From: an uncultured Acidobacteriota bacterium | GTDB taxonomy: Bacteria > Acidobacteriota > UBA6911 | Direction of reading: 5' to 3' | NCBI GenBank assembly: GCA_963843575.1 | Contig: CAWJKZ010000025.1 | Span: 256,001 to 320,000, forward strand | Length of the DNA: 64,000 bases | Part shown: positions 10,533 to 21,102 of the stretch, piece after piece | Layout: each line of letters begins with the position of its first letter | Numbering within the stretch: the stretch's first letter is position 1 | The notes under the pieces: generated by a model | Told to the model about the DNA's origin: nothing | Database searches by the model: none | The model's input: only the letters and a program-made list of their open reading frames with translations | Position numbers and translations under genes: made by a program

Positions 10533-11738
10533 ATGCCCATGGACGCTTCGCGTCGCCGGTTCCTGAAGACAGCCTCGGCACTGGCCATCTCCGCGCCGCT
10601 CGTCGCACGGCCGCGGATGGCAGCCCATAGCCTCTTTGCCTACGTCGGCACCTACAGCTCAAAGGGGAGCGGAGGATTCGGAAAGGGCATCCACATCTTC
10701 GAAGTGAACGGTGCGACAGGTGCGCTGTCGCAACGCGAGGTCTTCGCGGACGAGACCAGCCCCTCCTGGCTCGCCTTCAACCGCGACCGGACCCGTCTTT
10801 ACGCGGCGAACGAGGTTGGGGAGCTCGAGGGCGCGAAATCGGGCTCGGTGAGCGCCTTTCAGGTCGACCGCGCCGGCGGCCGGCTCACGCTGCTCAACAA
10901 GGTGAGTTCCCGGGGAGCGGGCCCGACCCACCTTAGCGTGCACCCCGCCGGAAAGCACGTTCTTGTCGCCAACTATGAGGACGGGACCGTGGCAGTGCTC
11001 CCCATCGGCCCCGGCGGCGAGCTCGGTCCGGCCACCGACGTGAAGGAGAACCGCGGGTCCGTCGGCCCTGAAAAGGCGAGCACCGCCCCCCGCGGCAGCT
11101 TCGCCATCAGCGGGCACGATCGTCCTCACGCCCACATGATCGAAGCCGACCCCAGCGGGCGGTACGTGCTCGCAGCCGACCTCGGGCTCGACCAGCTGCT
11201 CGTCTGGAGGTTCGATGTCGCGCAGGGCACCCTGACACCCAACGACCCGACCTCCGTGCAGCTCCCCCCGGGCGACGGGCCGCGCCACTTCGCCTTTCAC
11301 CCGAACGGCCGCTGGCTGTATTCGCTCCAGGAAGAAGGGTCGACCCTGGCGGTGTTCGACTACAGCGGCTCCGACGGGAGGCTCGCATCGAAACAGACGA
11401 TCTCGACTCTGCCGAGGGGCTTCACGGGCACCAGTTTCACTTCGGAGGTTCGGGTGGCGCCGGACGGCCGGTTCGTCTATGCGGCCAACAGGCTGCACGA
11501 CAGCATTGCGACCTTCGCCGTCTCCGCGCAGGGGACGCTCCGCTGGGTTGGGGAGGAGTGGACCCGCGGCGACTACCCGCGCAGTTTCACCATCGATCCC
11601 TCCGGCCGCTTCCTGTACTCGTGCAACCAGAAGGGCGACGCCATAGCGGTCTTCCGGGTGAACCGGGGCTCCGGGCGCCTGGACTTCACGGGTGAGTACG
11701 CCCCGGTCGGCACGCCTTCAATGATCGTGTTCGCCTGA
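10533..11738 (+). CDS. Tat-exported lactonase (6-phosphogluconolactonase/Pgl family beta-propeller)
   Basis: SRRRFLK, YVGTY, HAH, DLGLD, GPRHFAFHP, PRSF. Confidence 0.92.
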   Translation: MPMDASRRRFLKTASALAISAPLVARPRMAAHSLFAYVGTYSSKGSGGFGKGIHIFEVNGATGALSQREVFADETSPSWLAFNRDRTRLYAANEVGELEGAKSGSVSAFQVDRAGGRLTLLNKVSSRGAGPTHLSVHPAGKHVLVANYEDGTVAVLPIGPGGELGPATDVKENRGSVGPEKASTAPRGSFAISGHDRPHAHMIEADPSGRYVLAADLGLDQLLVWRFDVAQGTLTPNDPTSVQLPPGDGPRHFAFHPNGRWLYSLQEEGSTLAVFDYSGSDGRLASKQTISTLPRGFTGTSFTSEVRVAPDGRFVYAANRLHDSIATFAVSAQGTLRWVGEEWTRGDYPRSFTIDPSGRFLYSCNQKGDAIAVFRVNRGSGRLDFTGEYAPVGTPSMIVFA

Positions 11739-12105
11739 GGGCCGACCCGTTCCTCGTTCGAACCTCGGGGACCTCCGCCACCCGATACCGCCGGATCATT
11801 TGCGCAAGTCGGCCGCTTTCCCCTATATTAGCGCCGATGAAAGTCGATCCCGGCCGCATGGAGGCAGTCGACAATCAGGATCGGCGTCGAGATCCGGTCC
11901 TTCACCCAACGTTGCTCGTGCCACAACTACGTCACACTCACCACCCGCACCCGGGGCGGGGAAACAGTCCAGCGTGAAGTGCCCCGGAGGCTCCTCCATG
12001 GGACCTTATGAGCTGCAGACTTGGGCCATCACGGTGAATCGCCGGATTCGCAGCCTGGCCGACGCCTGGCACTCATACCACCGATGATGCAGCAAGGAGG
12101 CAATA

Positions 12106-13626
12106 ATGCCGAACAACGACCCATTCAGATCAAGCGCGGGATCGGTTCACCCTCACCCGTGCAGCTGTTGCTCAATGTCAAGGCGATCCTTCCTGGGAAC
12201 CGTCACAGCCTGCACGGCGGCGCTCACGGCCGGCCGTGCAAGCCTCGGGAGTCTCCACGCCGCGCCGCAGTCGAAGGAGGTGATCGACCTCGCGTCGCTC
12301 CGGCCCCGTCCTGAAGTGCGAGCCATGAGCGTCGTGGCGCGGCAGAAACCTCCCTACTGGCTTGGCTGGCCCGGCACGTCGTACGACGTGGAGGGCGAAC
12401 GCGCCAGATACACCCGGGCCATCGCGGACGCCGGCACGCGCGTCGGCGTCGAAATCGTCCAGGAGGCTCAGCCGCTCGAAGACAATGCGGCCGTCGCCGC
12501 GTTCGTCAGGAAGCTGCAGGACCAGAAACCCGATGCCGTACTCGTTACGCTCCAGCACCTGCAGAGCTGGGACACGGCCGTCGAGATCGCCAGGACCGGC
12601 GTGCCCACGATCGTGTTCGCCCCGGTCGGCACCGCCTTCACCCAGCACGTCAACCGCCTGGCGTTCCGGCCCGGCGCCCACGTCATCTCGTCGCTGGAGA
12701 CGCCGGCCATCGAGCAGGGCTTGCGCATGATCCGCGCGAAGCGGCAGCTCGAGGCCACACGGCTGCTCGTCGTCAGCGGCAACGAGCGCAAGGAAGGCAA
12801 GTTCGGCCTGGTGAACGTGCAGTACGTCCCCCGCACGACTTTCGAGGAGATGTTCACCCTGACGCCGGTCACCGAGGAGGCCAAGTTCGTCGCCAACCAG
12901 CGGTTCCGCGAGGCCGACAAGGTCGTGGAACCGACGCAGGAGGACGGCCTGAACGCCGCGAGGTCGTACATCGCCGCCAAGCAGCTGCTCAAGAAAGAAG
13001 ACTGCAACGCGCTGACGACCGACTGCCTCGGCATGGTCACCCAGAAGAAGGTGCCGACTCCGCCCTGCATGGGCGCTTCGATCTTCCAGGACGACGGGGT
13101 GACTTACGGCTGCGAGGCGGCGGTCGGCCCGGCGGTGTCGCTCATGCTGACGAGCTACCTGTTCGACAAGCCGGGATTCATGAACGACCCGGTGCCGGAG
13201 ACCGTCAAGAATGTGCTGATCGCCGCGCATTGTGTCAGCGGCACGCGCATCTACGGCCTCGACCGGCAGAAGGATCACGCGCCCTACATCCTCCGCAGCC
13301 ACTCCGAGTCGGGCTTGGGCGTCTCGACGCAGGTGCTGTGGCCCGTCGGGCAGCCGGTGACTCTGGTGCAGTTCTTCAAGCCCGACGCACTCTATCTCGA
13401 CACCGGCACGGTCACCGGCAACGTCAACACGCCGCCGGCCGGCGGCTGCCGCACCAGCGTCGAGATCCGGATGGACGAAATGGAGGATTGCCGCGACGTG
13501 CAGGGATTCCACCAGGTGGTCTTCTACGGGAATCACCGGCGCGACGTGGAGGCGTTCTGCCAGCTGCACGGCATCAAGGTCGTCCACTCCCCCCGCACAC
13601 ACGAGGAAACTATTAGGCCGGCGTAG
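12106..13626 (+). CDS. Tat-exported L-fucose/L-arabinose isomerase-like protein
   Basis: SRRSFLG; GCEA, GFMNDP, AHC, CRT motifs of the FucI-like C-terminal region. Confidence 0.6.
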   Translation: MPNNDPFRSSAGSVHPHPCSCCSMSRRSFLGTVTACTAALTAGRASLGSLHAAPQSKEVIDLASLRPRPEVRAMSVVARQKPPYWLGWPGTSYDVEGERARYTRAIADAGTRVGVEIVQEAQPLEDNAAVAAFVRKLQDQKPDAVLVTLQHLQSWDTAVEIARTGVPTIVFAPVGTAFTQHVNRLAFRPGAHVISSLETPAIEQGLRMIRAKRQLEATRLLVVSGNERKEGKFGLVNVQYVPRTTFEEMFTLTPVTEEAKFVANQRFREADKVVEPTQEDGLNAARSYIAAKQLLKKEDCNALTTDCLGMVTQKKVPTPPCMGASIFQDDGVTYGCEAAVGPAVSLMLTSYLFDKPGFMNDPVPETVKNVLIAAHCVSGTRIYGLDRQKDHAPYILRSHSESGLGVSTQVLWPVGQPVTLVQFFKPDALYLDTGTVTGNVNTPPAGGCRTSVEIRMDEMEDCRDVQGFHQVVFYGNHRRDVEAFCQLHGIKVVHSPRTHEETIRPA

Positions 13627-13633
13627 GAACAGC

Positions 13634-13818
13634 CACAAATACGCTAACGTATTTTTCAGGAAGCGGATGCGCGCGGATCCCCACAGATCGACCTGGCGAC
13701 AGGCCGCGGTCGATCCGCGTGAATCCGTTGAATCCGCGGAATCTGCGTTCTGTTTTGGCTTTTGTCTTTCATCGCCCGTGTTGTTCTGCGTCCTGAAAAA
13801 TACGTCGGCGTACTTATG
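13634..13818. mobile_element. MITE-like repeat family A, complete copy
   Basis: ~28-bp imperfect terminal inverted repeats cacaaatacgctaacgtatttttcagga / tcctgaaaaatacgtcggcgtacttatg; internal cggat/atccg units. Confidence 0.75.
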
Positions 13819-13828
13819 AGACTGTGTA

Positions 13829-15964
13829 CTAAGCTGCTGAAATCGGCATCGACCGGGAGCGCTTCCCGGTAGCGTCGAAGACGGCGTTTGCGATCGCCGG
13901 GGCCACCGCTATGATCGGGGTCTCGCCCGCCCCCGCCGGTTCCAAGTCCTTTCGGTCGAGCAGCACGATGTCCATCTTAGGGACGTCGGCCATGCGCGGC
14001 ACCCGGTAGGAGGAATACCTGCCGTTCAGCAACCGGCCGTCCCTGAACCGGATCTCCTCCCGGAGCGCCGGCCCCAACCCCATCATGATGCAGCCTTCCA
14101 CCTGTGCCCGCAGGTTGGCCGGGTTCAGGATCGGGCCGCACTCGAAGGCCTCGACCATTTCGACCAGGCGCGGCGGGCCACCGGCCGAACCCAGCTCCAC
14201 CTCGACGCAGGCGGCGACCACCGAGTTCTTCTCGGTGCCGCAGGCCAGCCCGATCCCGGTGCGCGGATGGCGCGGGTTGCGCCGGCGCTCCGCCCAGCGG
14301 AATCGCTCCGCGGCGGCAACCAGCACGTTCTTCATCCGCTCGTTTTCGAGGTGGGCGAGCCGGAAATCCAGCGGATCTTTGCCCGCCGCTTCGGCCAGTT
14401 CGTCGGTGAAGGCCTCCCTGGCGAAATTGTTGGCGGTGGCGGCGAGGCAACGGTAGGACCCCTGCCGCAGCGGGGAATCGCTCTGGATGAACCGGACCCT
14501 CGTGTTGGGAATCCGGTACGGCGTGTCGAGGGCCGCCCCACCCGAGTTGTAGTTCACGAAATCCCACGCCTGGATCGAGTTGGCTCCATCCAGTCCGGCC
14601 TCGATTTCAATCAGGGCCGCCGGGCGGAAGTAGGCCCAGGTGAACTCCTCGGTCCGTGTCCACCGCAGCAGGACCGGGCGTTTCGCCTCCCGGGCCAGCC
14701 GCGCAGCTTCGATCGCCGCTTCGCCCGTGTGTTTGCCGCCGAAACCACCTCCCATGTCGGGGACGATCACCCGCACGTCCTGCGGCGGCAGCTTGAAAGC
14801 CTGCGCGAGCTGATCCCTTGTCCCGAACGGGTTGCTGGTCCCCGTCCACACGGTGAGGCGGCCCCCTTCCCACTCGGCCACCGCGGCGCGCGGCTCCATC
14901 GGCGCGTGCTGCACGTAGGCGACCTGGTACGACCCCTTCAAACGCCGCTGCGCCCGTTCGAGGCCCTCCTGGATCGAGCCTCGGGTCTGTCCCCGTTGTC
15001 CCTCTTCCCGCGCGTGCTGCTTCAGGTGCTCAAAGAGCGTGTCGCTGCCGGGGTGCTCCGTGCTTTTCCACCGGGCGGCGGTCGCGAGCATTTGCAGGGC
15101 CTTTCGGGCGGCAAACGAGGTCGGCGCAGCACAACCGACGAAGTCGCCGTCGCGGACGGTGGCCACGCCCGGCACTTTCGCGGCCGCCGAGAGGTCTACG
15201 CTATCTAGGACCGCGCCGTACGACGGGGGCCGGAGCACGCTGCCGTGGAGCATGCCCGGGCGGACGATGTCGGATGGGTACCGGTGCGCACCCGTTACGA
15301 TGTCCCGCCCGTCCAGCCGCCCGTGGGGTTTGCCCAGCACCTGCCAGTCGGAGGCGGGCGTGAGGGCGACGTCCGCCGGCAACGTCTTGTAGGCGGCCGC
15401 CAGCTCGGGCGAACGCGCCAGGTCGGCATACGTGAAGCGCCTGCCGTCCAGCGTCGCCGCACCGTCGCGCAGCTCGAGCCGGCCGCGATCGGCGTGGAAG
15501 CTCCGGCTCGCCGCCGCCAGCAGGATTTCCCTCGCGGCCGCCGCAGCCTTGCGCACGGCGGGCACTGTTCCCGGCGTGGTGCGGCTGCCGGCGGTGATGC
15601 CGTCGTCCGGGACCACGTCCGTGTCGGCCATCAGCAGGCGGATGCGGTCCGGCTGGAGGCGCAACTCCTCAGCGGCAGCCAGCGCGAGTTCCGTGCGCGG
15701 TCCCTGGCCTTCTTCCACCTTGCCGGTCAGGAGGGTGACAAAGCCGTCTTCACCTATGTGCAGACGCGCCTCGAGTGCGCCTCCCCCGGCGGCCTGGCGT
15801 GTACCGGACTGCGTGGTGGCGTTGGGTGCCGCAACCAGGATCAGCAGCCCGGCCCCGGCGGACTCGAGGAATTCTCTTCGACTCACTGCAAAGCGGTACG
15901 GCGGCGTTTCCCTGAGCTCGTAGCGTTCGGGGGTGAGGCGTTCGCGGTCCGGTCTATCGCTCAT
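13829..15964 (-). CDS. molybdopterin oxidoreductase large subunit (isoquinoline 1-oxidoreductase beta/xanthine DH family)
   Basis: GKVEEGQG, QHAPMEPR, MGGGFGGK, QVEG, GAGET, ANAVFDATGKR. Confidence 0.92.
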   Translation of the reverse strand: MSDRPDRERLTPERYELRETPPYRFAVSRREFLESAGAGLLILVAAPNATTQSGTRQAAGGGALEARLHIGEDGFVTLLTGKVEEGQGPRTELALAAAEELRLQPDRIRLLMADTDVVPDDGITAGSRTTPGTVPAVRKAAAAAREILLAAASRSFHADRGRLELRDGAATLDGRRFTYADLARSPELAAAYKTLPADVALTPASDWQVLGKPHGRLDGRDIVTGAHRYPSDIVRPGMLHGSVLRPPSYGAVLDSVDLSAAAKVPGVATVRDGDFVGCAAPTSFAARKALQMLATAARWKSTEHPGSDTLFEHLKQHAREEGQRGQTRGSIQEGLERAQRRLKGSYQVAYVQHAPMEPRAAVAEWEGGRLTVWTGTSNPFGTRDQLAQAFKLPPQDVRVIVPDMGGGFGGKHTGEAAIEAARLAREAKRPVLLRWTRTEEFTWAYFRPAALIEIEAGLDGANSIQAWDFVNYNSGGAALDTPYRIPNTRVRFIQSDSPLRQGSYRCLAATANNFAREAFTDELAEAAGKDPLDFRLAHLENERMKNVLVAAAERFRWAERRRNPRHPRTGIGLACGTEKNSVVAACVEVELGSAGGPPRLVEMVEAFECGPILNPANLRAQVEGCIMMGLGPALREEIRFRDGRLLNGRYSSYRVPRMADVPKMDIVLLDRKDLEPAGAGETPIIAVAPAIANAVFDATGKRSRSMPISAA

Positions 15965-16448
15965 CGCGATTCCTCCTTGCGCTCTGAAGCGGGGCACCGG
16001 CCGCCCGGCGCACGGCTGCAAGTATCCGGGGATACCCGCAACAGCGGCAGAGACTGCCGTCCAGGGCTTCGACGATCTGCGGTTCCGTGGGCTGCGGGTA
16101 AACCTCGAGCAGCGCCACCGTCCTCATGACCATCCCGGGGGTGCAATAGCCACACTGCATCGCGCCCTCGTCGAGGAAAGCCTGCTGTACGCGGTGCAGC
16201 CGGCCTCCCTGCGCGAGTCCCTCGACCGTAAGGACCTTCCGGCCCTCGGCCGCGCGCGCCGGGGTCACGCACGACACGACGGGCTTGCCGTCGAGCAGCA
16301 CCGTACAGGCGCGGCACTGGCCCTCGCCGCACCCGTACTTGGTCCCCGTCAGGCCAAGATCTTCACGCAGCAGTTCAAGAAGGGGCCGCTCGGCCTCGGT
16401 CTCGACCGTGCGAGTCTGGCCGTTGACCGTCAATCGCATCTTTGCCAT
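15954..16448 (-). CDS. (2Fe-2S)-binding small subunit (IorA/CoxS type)
   Basis: GTKYGCGEGQCRACTV, QCGYCTPG, CRC. Confidence 0.95.
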   Translation of the reverse strand: MAKMRLTVNGQTRTVETEAERPLLELLREDLGLTGTKYGCGEGQCRACTVLLDGKPVVSCVTPARAAEGRKVLTVEGLAQGGRLHRVQQAFLDEGAMQCGYCTPGMVMRTVALLEVYPQPTEPQIVEALDGSLCRCCGYPRILAAVRRAAGAPLQSARRNRDER

Positions 16449-16544
16449 GTGAAAGCACCCGGAGATTTTAATGCCTGCACCCTTACGACTGACATTAGCA
16501 GATCAACCTGCCCATGGCCAGCCCGCCCGCGTGAGCTTCGGGCT

Positions 16545-17054
16545 CTAGCGTCGCTTCGCACTGTCCTGAAAGACGAGAAAATCGATGGCGGGGGGGTGGG
16601 CGCCGAGCAGGCGCAGCGCCATGGTCACCTGGCCGCGGTGGTAGGTGCCGTGGTTGGCGAGGTGCAGAAGCACCTGCCACAGGGGGTAAGTCCATGTCTC
16701 ACCCTTGAGGTTCTGATAGGTCAACGGCGCAGCCAGCCGTTCGGTGTCGAGCCCCGCAATGCAGGCGCGCATGCCTCGTTCGACCTCGTCCCAGCGCGAC
16801 CGGACGGCTTCGAGCGTCAAGGCCTCGCCGAGCCACGGTATGGCGCGCGGGCTGCGGCCGTTGAACCGCTCGAGCCAAAGGTACTCGGCGCCGAGGAGGT
16901 GCTTCAGGGTGTCGCGGACCGAGCCAAAACTGCCGCCGAGCGGCCGCCCCAGGTCCTCCTCGGTCAGGGTCCTGCAGACGGCGAGCTGCTGGTCGCGCGC
17001 CCAGTAGTTGTACTCGTAGAGATCCTGCAGCGATGCAAGCGGAATCACGATCAC
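16545..17054 (-). CDS. DinB family protein
   Basis: YNYWA, SFGSVRDTLKHL, HLANHGTYHRGQ. Confidence 0.9.
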   Translation of the reverse strand: MIVIPLASLQDLYEYNYWARDQQLAVCRTLTEEDLGRPLGGSFGSVRDTLKHLLGAEYLWLERFNGRSPRAIPWLGEALTLEAVRSRWDEVERGMRACIAGLDTERLAAPLTYQNLKGETWTYPLWQVLLHLANHGTYHRGQVTMALRLLGAHPPAIDFLVFQDSAKRR

Positions 17055-17062
17055 CCCCGCGA

Positions 17063-17092
17063 TGTGGGCCGCGGCGGCTCGACGCGGCCCAA
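17063..17092. repeat. REP family E (GTGG-GCCGCG...CGCGGCCC); other copies ~27268-27315, 49508-49587, 56121-56192, 62260-62290
   Basis: gtgggccgcg(g/t)cgg(c)(t/c)cgacgcggccc hairpin, twice paired with gggcggggtcgggccg..ccc.gcccact. Confidence 0.7.
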
Positions 17093-17269
17093 TCCCGACA
17101 GGCAAATAGTACCGCCGCGGACCCTCGGTCCCCAACAGGCCGGTGCGGTCGATCAGGTTCTATCGTTCGGGCCGCAGGGCCCAGAGGACAGCGTCGCGCA
17201 GGAGGGTGGCGTAGGCGGTGTGCCGGAAGATCGCGGGAGGGTGGCCCATCTGGATGTATCCGCGCTACG

Positions 17270-17755
17270 TCCTGCGTGAAGTCGAGGCAAAACCGTTGCG
17301 GGCCGCCAGGTTGGTGCGAGGATCGCGTTTTACGGCATGGTTGAGGTCCGGGAACTTGAGCGGGTCCGCTGAAGAAGACCGGAGTGTTGTTGCCGACGAG
17401 ATCCCAGTTCCCTCATCGGTGTAGAACTTGATCGCGAAACCCCGGATGTCGCGCTCGGCGTCGGCCGCGCCACGTTCGCCGGCCACGGTGGAAAACCGCG
17501 CGAAAAGGTCGGTCTTCTTGGCACGGCGGCAAAGATCTTGGCCTTGGTGTACCCGGTGATGTCGTGGGTGACCGTGAAGGTGCCGAAGGCACCCGAGCCC
17601 TTGGCGTGCATGCGGCGCTCGGGGATCACCTCGCGATCGAAGTGGGCGAGCTTCTCCAGGTACCAGACGTCCTGGCGGAGGGCCGGCCGCGGGGCCCGCG
17701 GTCATGATGTTCTGGCCGTCGACGCCGGGCTCGCGGCTTGGTGGTAGCTTCATCT
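17270..17755 (-). pseudogene. katA: monofunctional catalase, frameshifted N-terminal fragment
   Basis: [66 protein letters not shown] in three frames; C-terminus missing. Confidence 0.9.
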
Positions 17756-17819
17756 TGGCGTGATGGCTTCTCCTTCCCTGGCCTGCGGGTGACTCGGGCT
17801 TCCCGGGCGCCGAGTCCGT

Positions 17820-18120
17820 CGGCTCGTTCTTCGCACAGCCGACGCAATGCCTCGGACCTCGACGTGCGCGGCGACGACGCGGCCGAACTTCTTCACGGCT
17901 TCCGGGACGCGCAGCGCGTTGACTGTGCGCTCTCGAGTCCCGCGCCACCCGCAGCGGACGCAGATGTAATGGTGGTGTGCTGATGTTGCCGTCGGCGCCG
18001 CCCCGCGCGGGTCGAGCTGATCACGATCGCCCAATGCGGGCCTCCAGCGTGCGGCGCACGGGCAAGCGGCACCGCAACACCACCAACGCCAGCAACGCTC
18101 TCTGGGCATGGGTTCAGCTC
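17820..18120 (-). pseudogene. Fur/PerR family regulator remnant
   Basis: [10 protein letters not shown] and VEVRGI; lies just upstream of the catalase remnant. Confidence 0.7.
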
Positions 18121-18314
18121 TACCGCTCGAGGAGATCCCGAAGCAACGGTCTGCAGGGAACCCTCCCGCGGCTCGCTCGGAACACCCGGGCTAGGGCGCA
18201 CGAGCGTCGGGCCGTTCGTGCACTATGACGCTAACCCGAAGTGCTGTAGGATACTGGTCCATAAACGAAATGATCGAAACGCATGCGCCGATTGTGCGAG
18301 GCATGCAGCGTGGC

Positions 18315-18507
18315 TTCAGGACGCAGACTCCGCGGATCCAACAGATTCACGCGGATCGGCCGCGTCCCGCATTCCACCGTGAGGGCTGCCGTGGGCACAC
18401 TGGACTTTCCGGGACCCGCCGGAAACGCCGGACGCGGCCTGTCGCCAGGTCGATCCGTGAGGATCCGCGCGCATCCGCGTCCTGAAAAATATGTCAGCGT
18501 ATTTGTG
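18315..18507. repeat. repeat family A copy (reverse orientation, short insert)
   Basis: gcggatcca..ggattcacgcggatc core and tcctgaaaaatatgtcagcgtatttgtg end. Confidence 0.75.
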
Positions 18508-18557
18508 AACATCAGTACTTAGGGCCCGCTCGACGTGTGCGGGCGGGGAGGAATGCA

Positions 18558-19460
18558 ATGTCATATTTCCATCGCCGGGAATGGCTGCGCGCCGGGGTCG
18601 TTTCGCTGGGCAGCTTCGTGATCGGGGGACCGTTGCCGAAGGATCTTGTCGCCGGGAGCCGCCGCGGGATCTTCGACGCGCACCTTCACATTCCCAGCGA
18701 CAACGGCGAGAACTTCCAGTGGAGCCTGGTCACCCGGAACATGCCGGAGTTCGTCGCGTACCTCGACAAGTGCGGCGTCCGGCGCGGGGTCATATCCTCG
18801 TCCTGGAGCAACAAGGCACAGACTCCCGAAGATTATCGAAACGGGAACCGGGAGGTGGCGAAGTACGCCGACCGCTACAGGGGGAGATTTTTCGGCAGTT
18901 GCGTCATAACCCCATTTCGCATCGAGGAAGCCCTGCGGGAAATCGAGCGCTGTCACACCGAGGACGGCTTCCTGTGGCTGGGCGAGTTCTGCAACTACAT
19001 GACGGGATACAAATACGACACGCCGGAGTGGCGTCGGGTGATGGAGTTGGCCACGAAGCTCAACCTCGTGGTCCAGATCCACACGAACACACAGGAGATG
19101 CGGTACCTGGCCGACGCCTTCCCCGACACCACGATCGTCTTTCCACACCTCGGCAGCAGCCGGGACGACATATTCGCCCGCATTGAGATCATCGCCGGGC
19201 ACAGGAACGCGCACATCGATCTCTCGGGTTCGGGGATCGAGCGCGTCGGGATACTGGAGCGGGCCGTCAAGGAGATCGGAGCGGACCGCGTACTGTACGG
19301 TTCGGACTTTACCATCAACGAACCTTCGTCCGTCATCGCGCGCGTCAGGAACGCATTCCTGACGCCGGAGGACCGGGAGAAGATCCTCTTCCGCAACGTC
19401 GAGCGGCTCCTGTCGGCCGCGGCCAAAGGGGCGGGGGCAGTTCGACCCCGCCCCGAATGA
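18558..19460 (+). CDS. amidohydrolase family 2 protein
   Basis: FDAHLH, HLG, RVLYGSDF, EKILFRN. Confidence 0.9.
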   Translation: MSYFHRREWLRAGVVSLGSFVIGGPLPKDLVAGSRRGIFDAHLHIPSDNGENFQWSLVTRNMPEFVAYLDKCGVRRGVISSSWSNKAQTPEDYRNGNREVAKYADRYRGRFFGSCVITPFRIEEALREIERCHTEDGFLWLGEFCNYMTGYKYDTPEWRRVMELATKLNLVVQIHTNTQEMRYLADAFPDTTIVFPHLGSSRDDIFARIEIIAGHRNAHIDLSGSGIERVGILERAVKEIGADRVLYGSDFTINEPSSVIARVRNAFLTPEDREKILFRNVERLLSAAAKGAGAVRPRPE

Positions 19461-19546
19461 GCTGCAGCCCGGCGCATCCGAAGCGTCGCCGCGACGGGTC
19501 GAAGGTTCGCATCACTCGGCGGGGAATTCCACGCATGGAGTGACCC

Positions 19547-21019
19547 ATGACTCGCTCGTTGTCTCGCGTTGTCGCACTGGTTCTGGCCTTGATCCTTGGC
19601 CATGGGTTTACGCAACAGCCCGCTGCGGCGGTGACCCGGCTGGTCGTCTTCGAGGGCTTCTACCGTCACACCTGACCCATTTGCCAAACGGCCGGTCCGG
19701 TCGTGGCTCGCCTGGCGAACGATTATTCTTCGAAGCCGGTGCTTTTCGTGGAACAGGATGTCGACCACTCTGTCGGCAGCCGGCAGGACCGGTGGTGGGC
19801 GGCCTTTACCGGCACTACGGCCACCCTGCCTCTCGTGATGGCGGACAGTGGCCACGGCATCGGGAACGGCTCGGTAGATTTTTACACCGTCTACAAGGCC
19901 ATGGTCGACCGGGAATTGGCACGGGAACCCGCCGCTGAAATCGAATCCGCGAGCAGCCGGGTCGGGAACCGGCTGCGCTTCTCCGGCTGGATCACCAATC
20001 GCAGCGGCGTGACATTGTCCGCGGCGCGAAACGGCGCGACCGTTCACGCGCTGGTCTATGAACAGGATGGGGCAGTCGGGAGCACGGGCCGGGTGGTGCG
20101 CGCCGCTGTAGAATTCCCGCTGAGTCAGGACTTGGCCCAGGGCGCCGCCGTCTCTTTCGCGCTGGAGACTCCGGATCTTGCGCCCGTCAACTGGGATAAC
20201 CTGCACTCGGTCGTGCTGGCCGACTATCGGCCGGGGAGTCCGACGGGGCCCTTCGACATGCTCCAGGCGGCTGTCCCTTATGCCATCGGGTCCGACGTGA
20301 CCACAACCGCTTTTTTCCCGCATGTCGCACTCGGCGGGGGTTACACGACGGTCTTCAGGTTTGTGAACACGGGGAGCACGGCCGCCACGGGGCAGTTGAT
20401 CCTCACGGACCATGACGGAAGTCCGTGGCCCGTTTCCTTCTCGGACGCCTCTGCAGCCAGCCGGTCCGGCATCTCATCGTTCACGACCATTTCCATCCCA
20501 CCCGGCGGCACGGAATTTGTCACCGCGTCCTCGGGTGCCAGTCCCGGCCTGATGACGGGGTGGGCCCGGGTCGAGAGCTCGGGTGGGACGCTGGGCGGCG
20601 TCGCGACCTACTACTACGCCCCGGCCGGAAGCCCGCAGACGATCGTCGGGGTCCTGTCCGCCTCTCCCCTGTCGTCCGCGACGATCCCCAGGGACGACGA
20701 TGTCCTCCACGAGCGCTACTCGGGATTTGCCGTGGCCAACCCCGGCGAGGCGACGCTGACGATTAGGGTTCTGGAGGTCGGCGCCGACGGATCCGCCGTC
20801 GTCGAGCTCAAGCCCATCATCCTCGGTCCCCGGTCCCAGAAAGCCGCCTTCTTCTTCGAGGACCCCAAGGCCGCCCGGGAGTTCAAAGGGACGGCGGTTC
20901 TCCTGGAACAGACCGGCGCCAATTTCCTGGTTGTCTCCCTGGCCCAGGATCACGGTATCTTCAGCGCCGTCCCGGCGATGCCGGGAAAAGCCCCGAACAT
21001 CGGAGGACAAACGCGCTAA
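19547..21019 (+). CDS. secreted thioredoxin-fold/Omp28-like candidate selenoprotein (UxxC; TGA 19673-19675) with C-terminal acidobacterial beta-sandwich repeat
   Basis: GGAG RBS, signal peptide, VVFEGFYRHT-U-PIC in frame with ORF 19703..21019; hairpin 19683-19707. Confidence 0.8.
19683..19707 (+). promoter_or_regulatory. candidate bacterial SECIS element
   Basis: GCC-aa-ACGGCCG-GUC-CGGUCGU-GGC, loop 19 nt after the UGA. Confidence 0.7.
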
Positions 21020-21062
21020 CGTATTTTTCAGGACGCGGATTCGCGCGGATCCCCACGGATCG
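21007..21062. repeat. repeat family A left end (supplies the stop codon of the upstream gene)
   Basis: cgctaacgtatttttcaggacgcggattcgcgcggatccccacggatcg. Confidence 0.75.
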
Positions 21063-21102
21063 TCTCGGGATTGAGCGGTCCGCTTGCGCGACGCCGTCGG
21101 GA

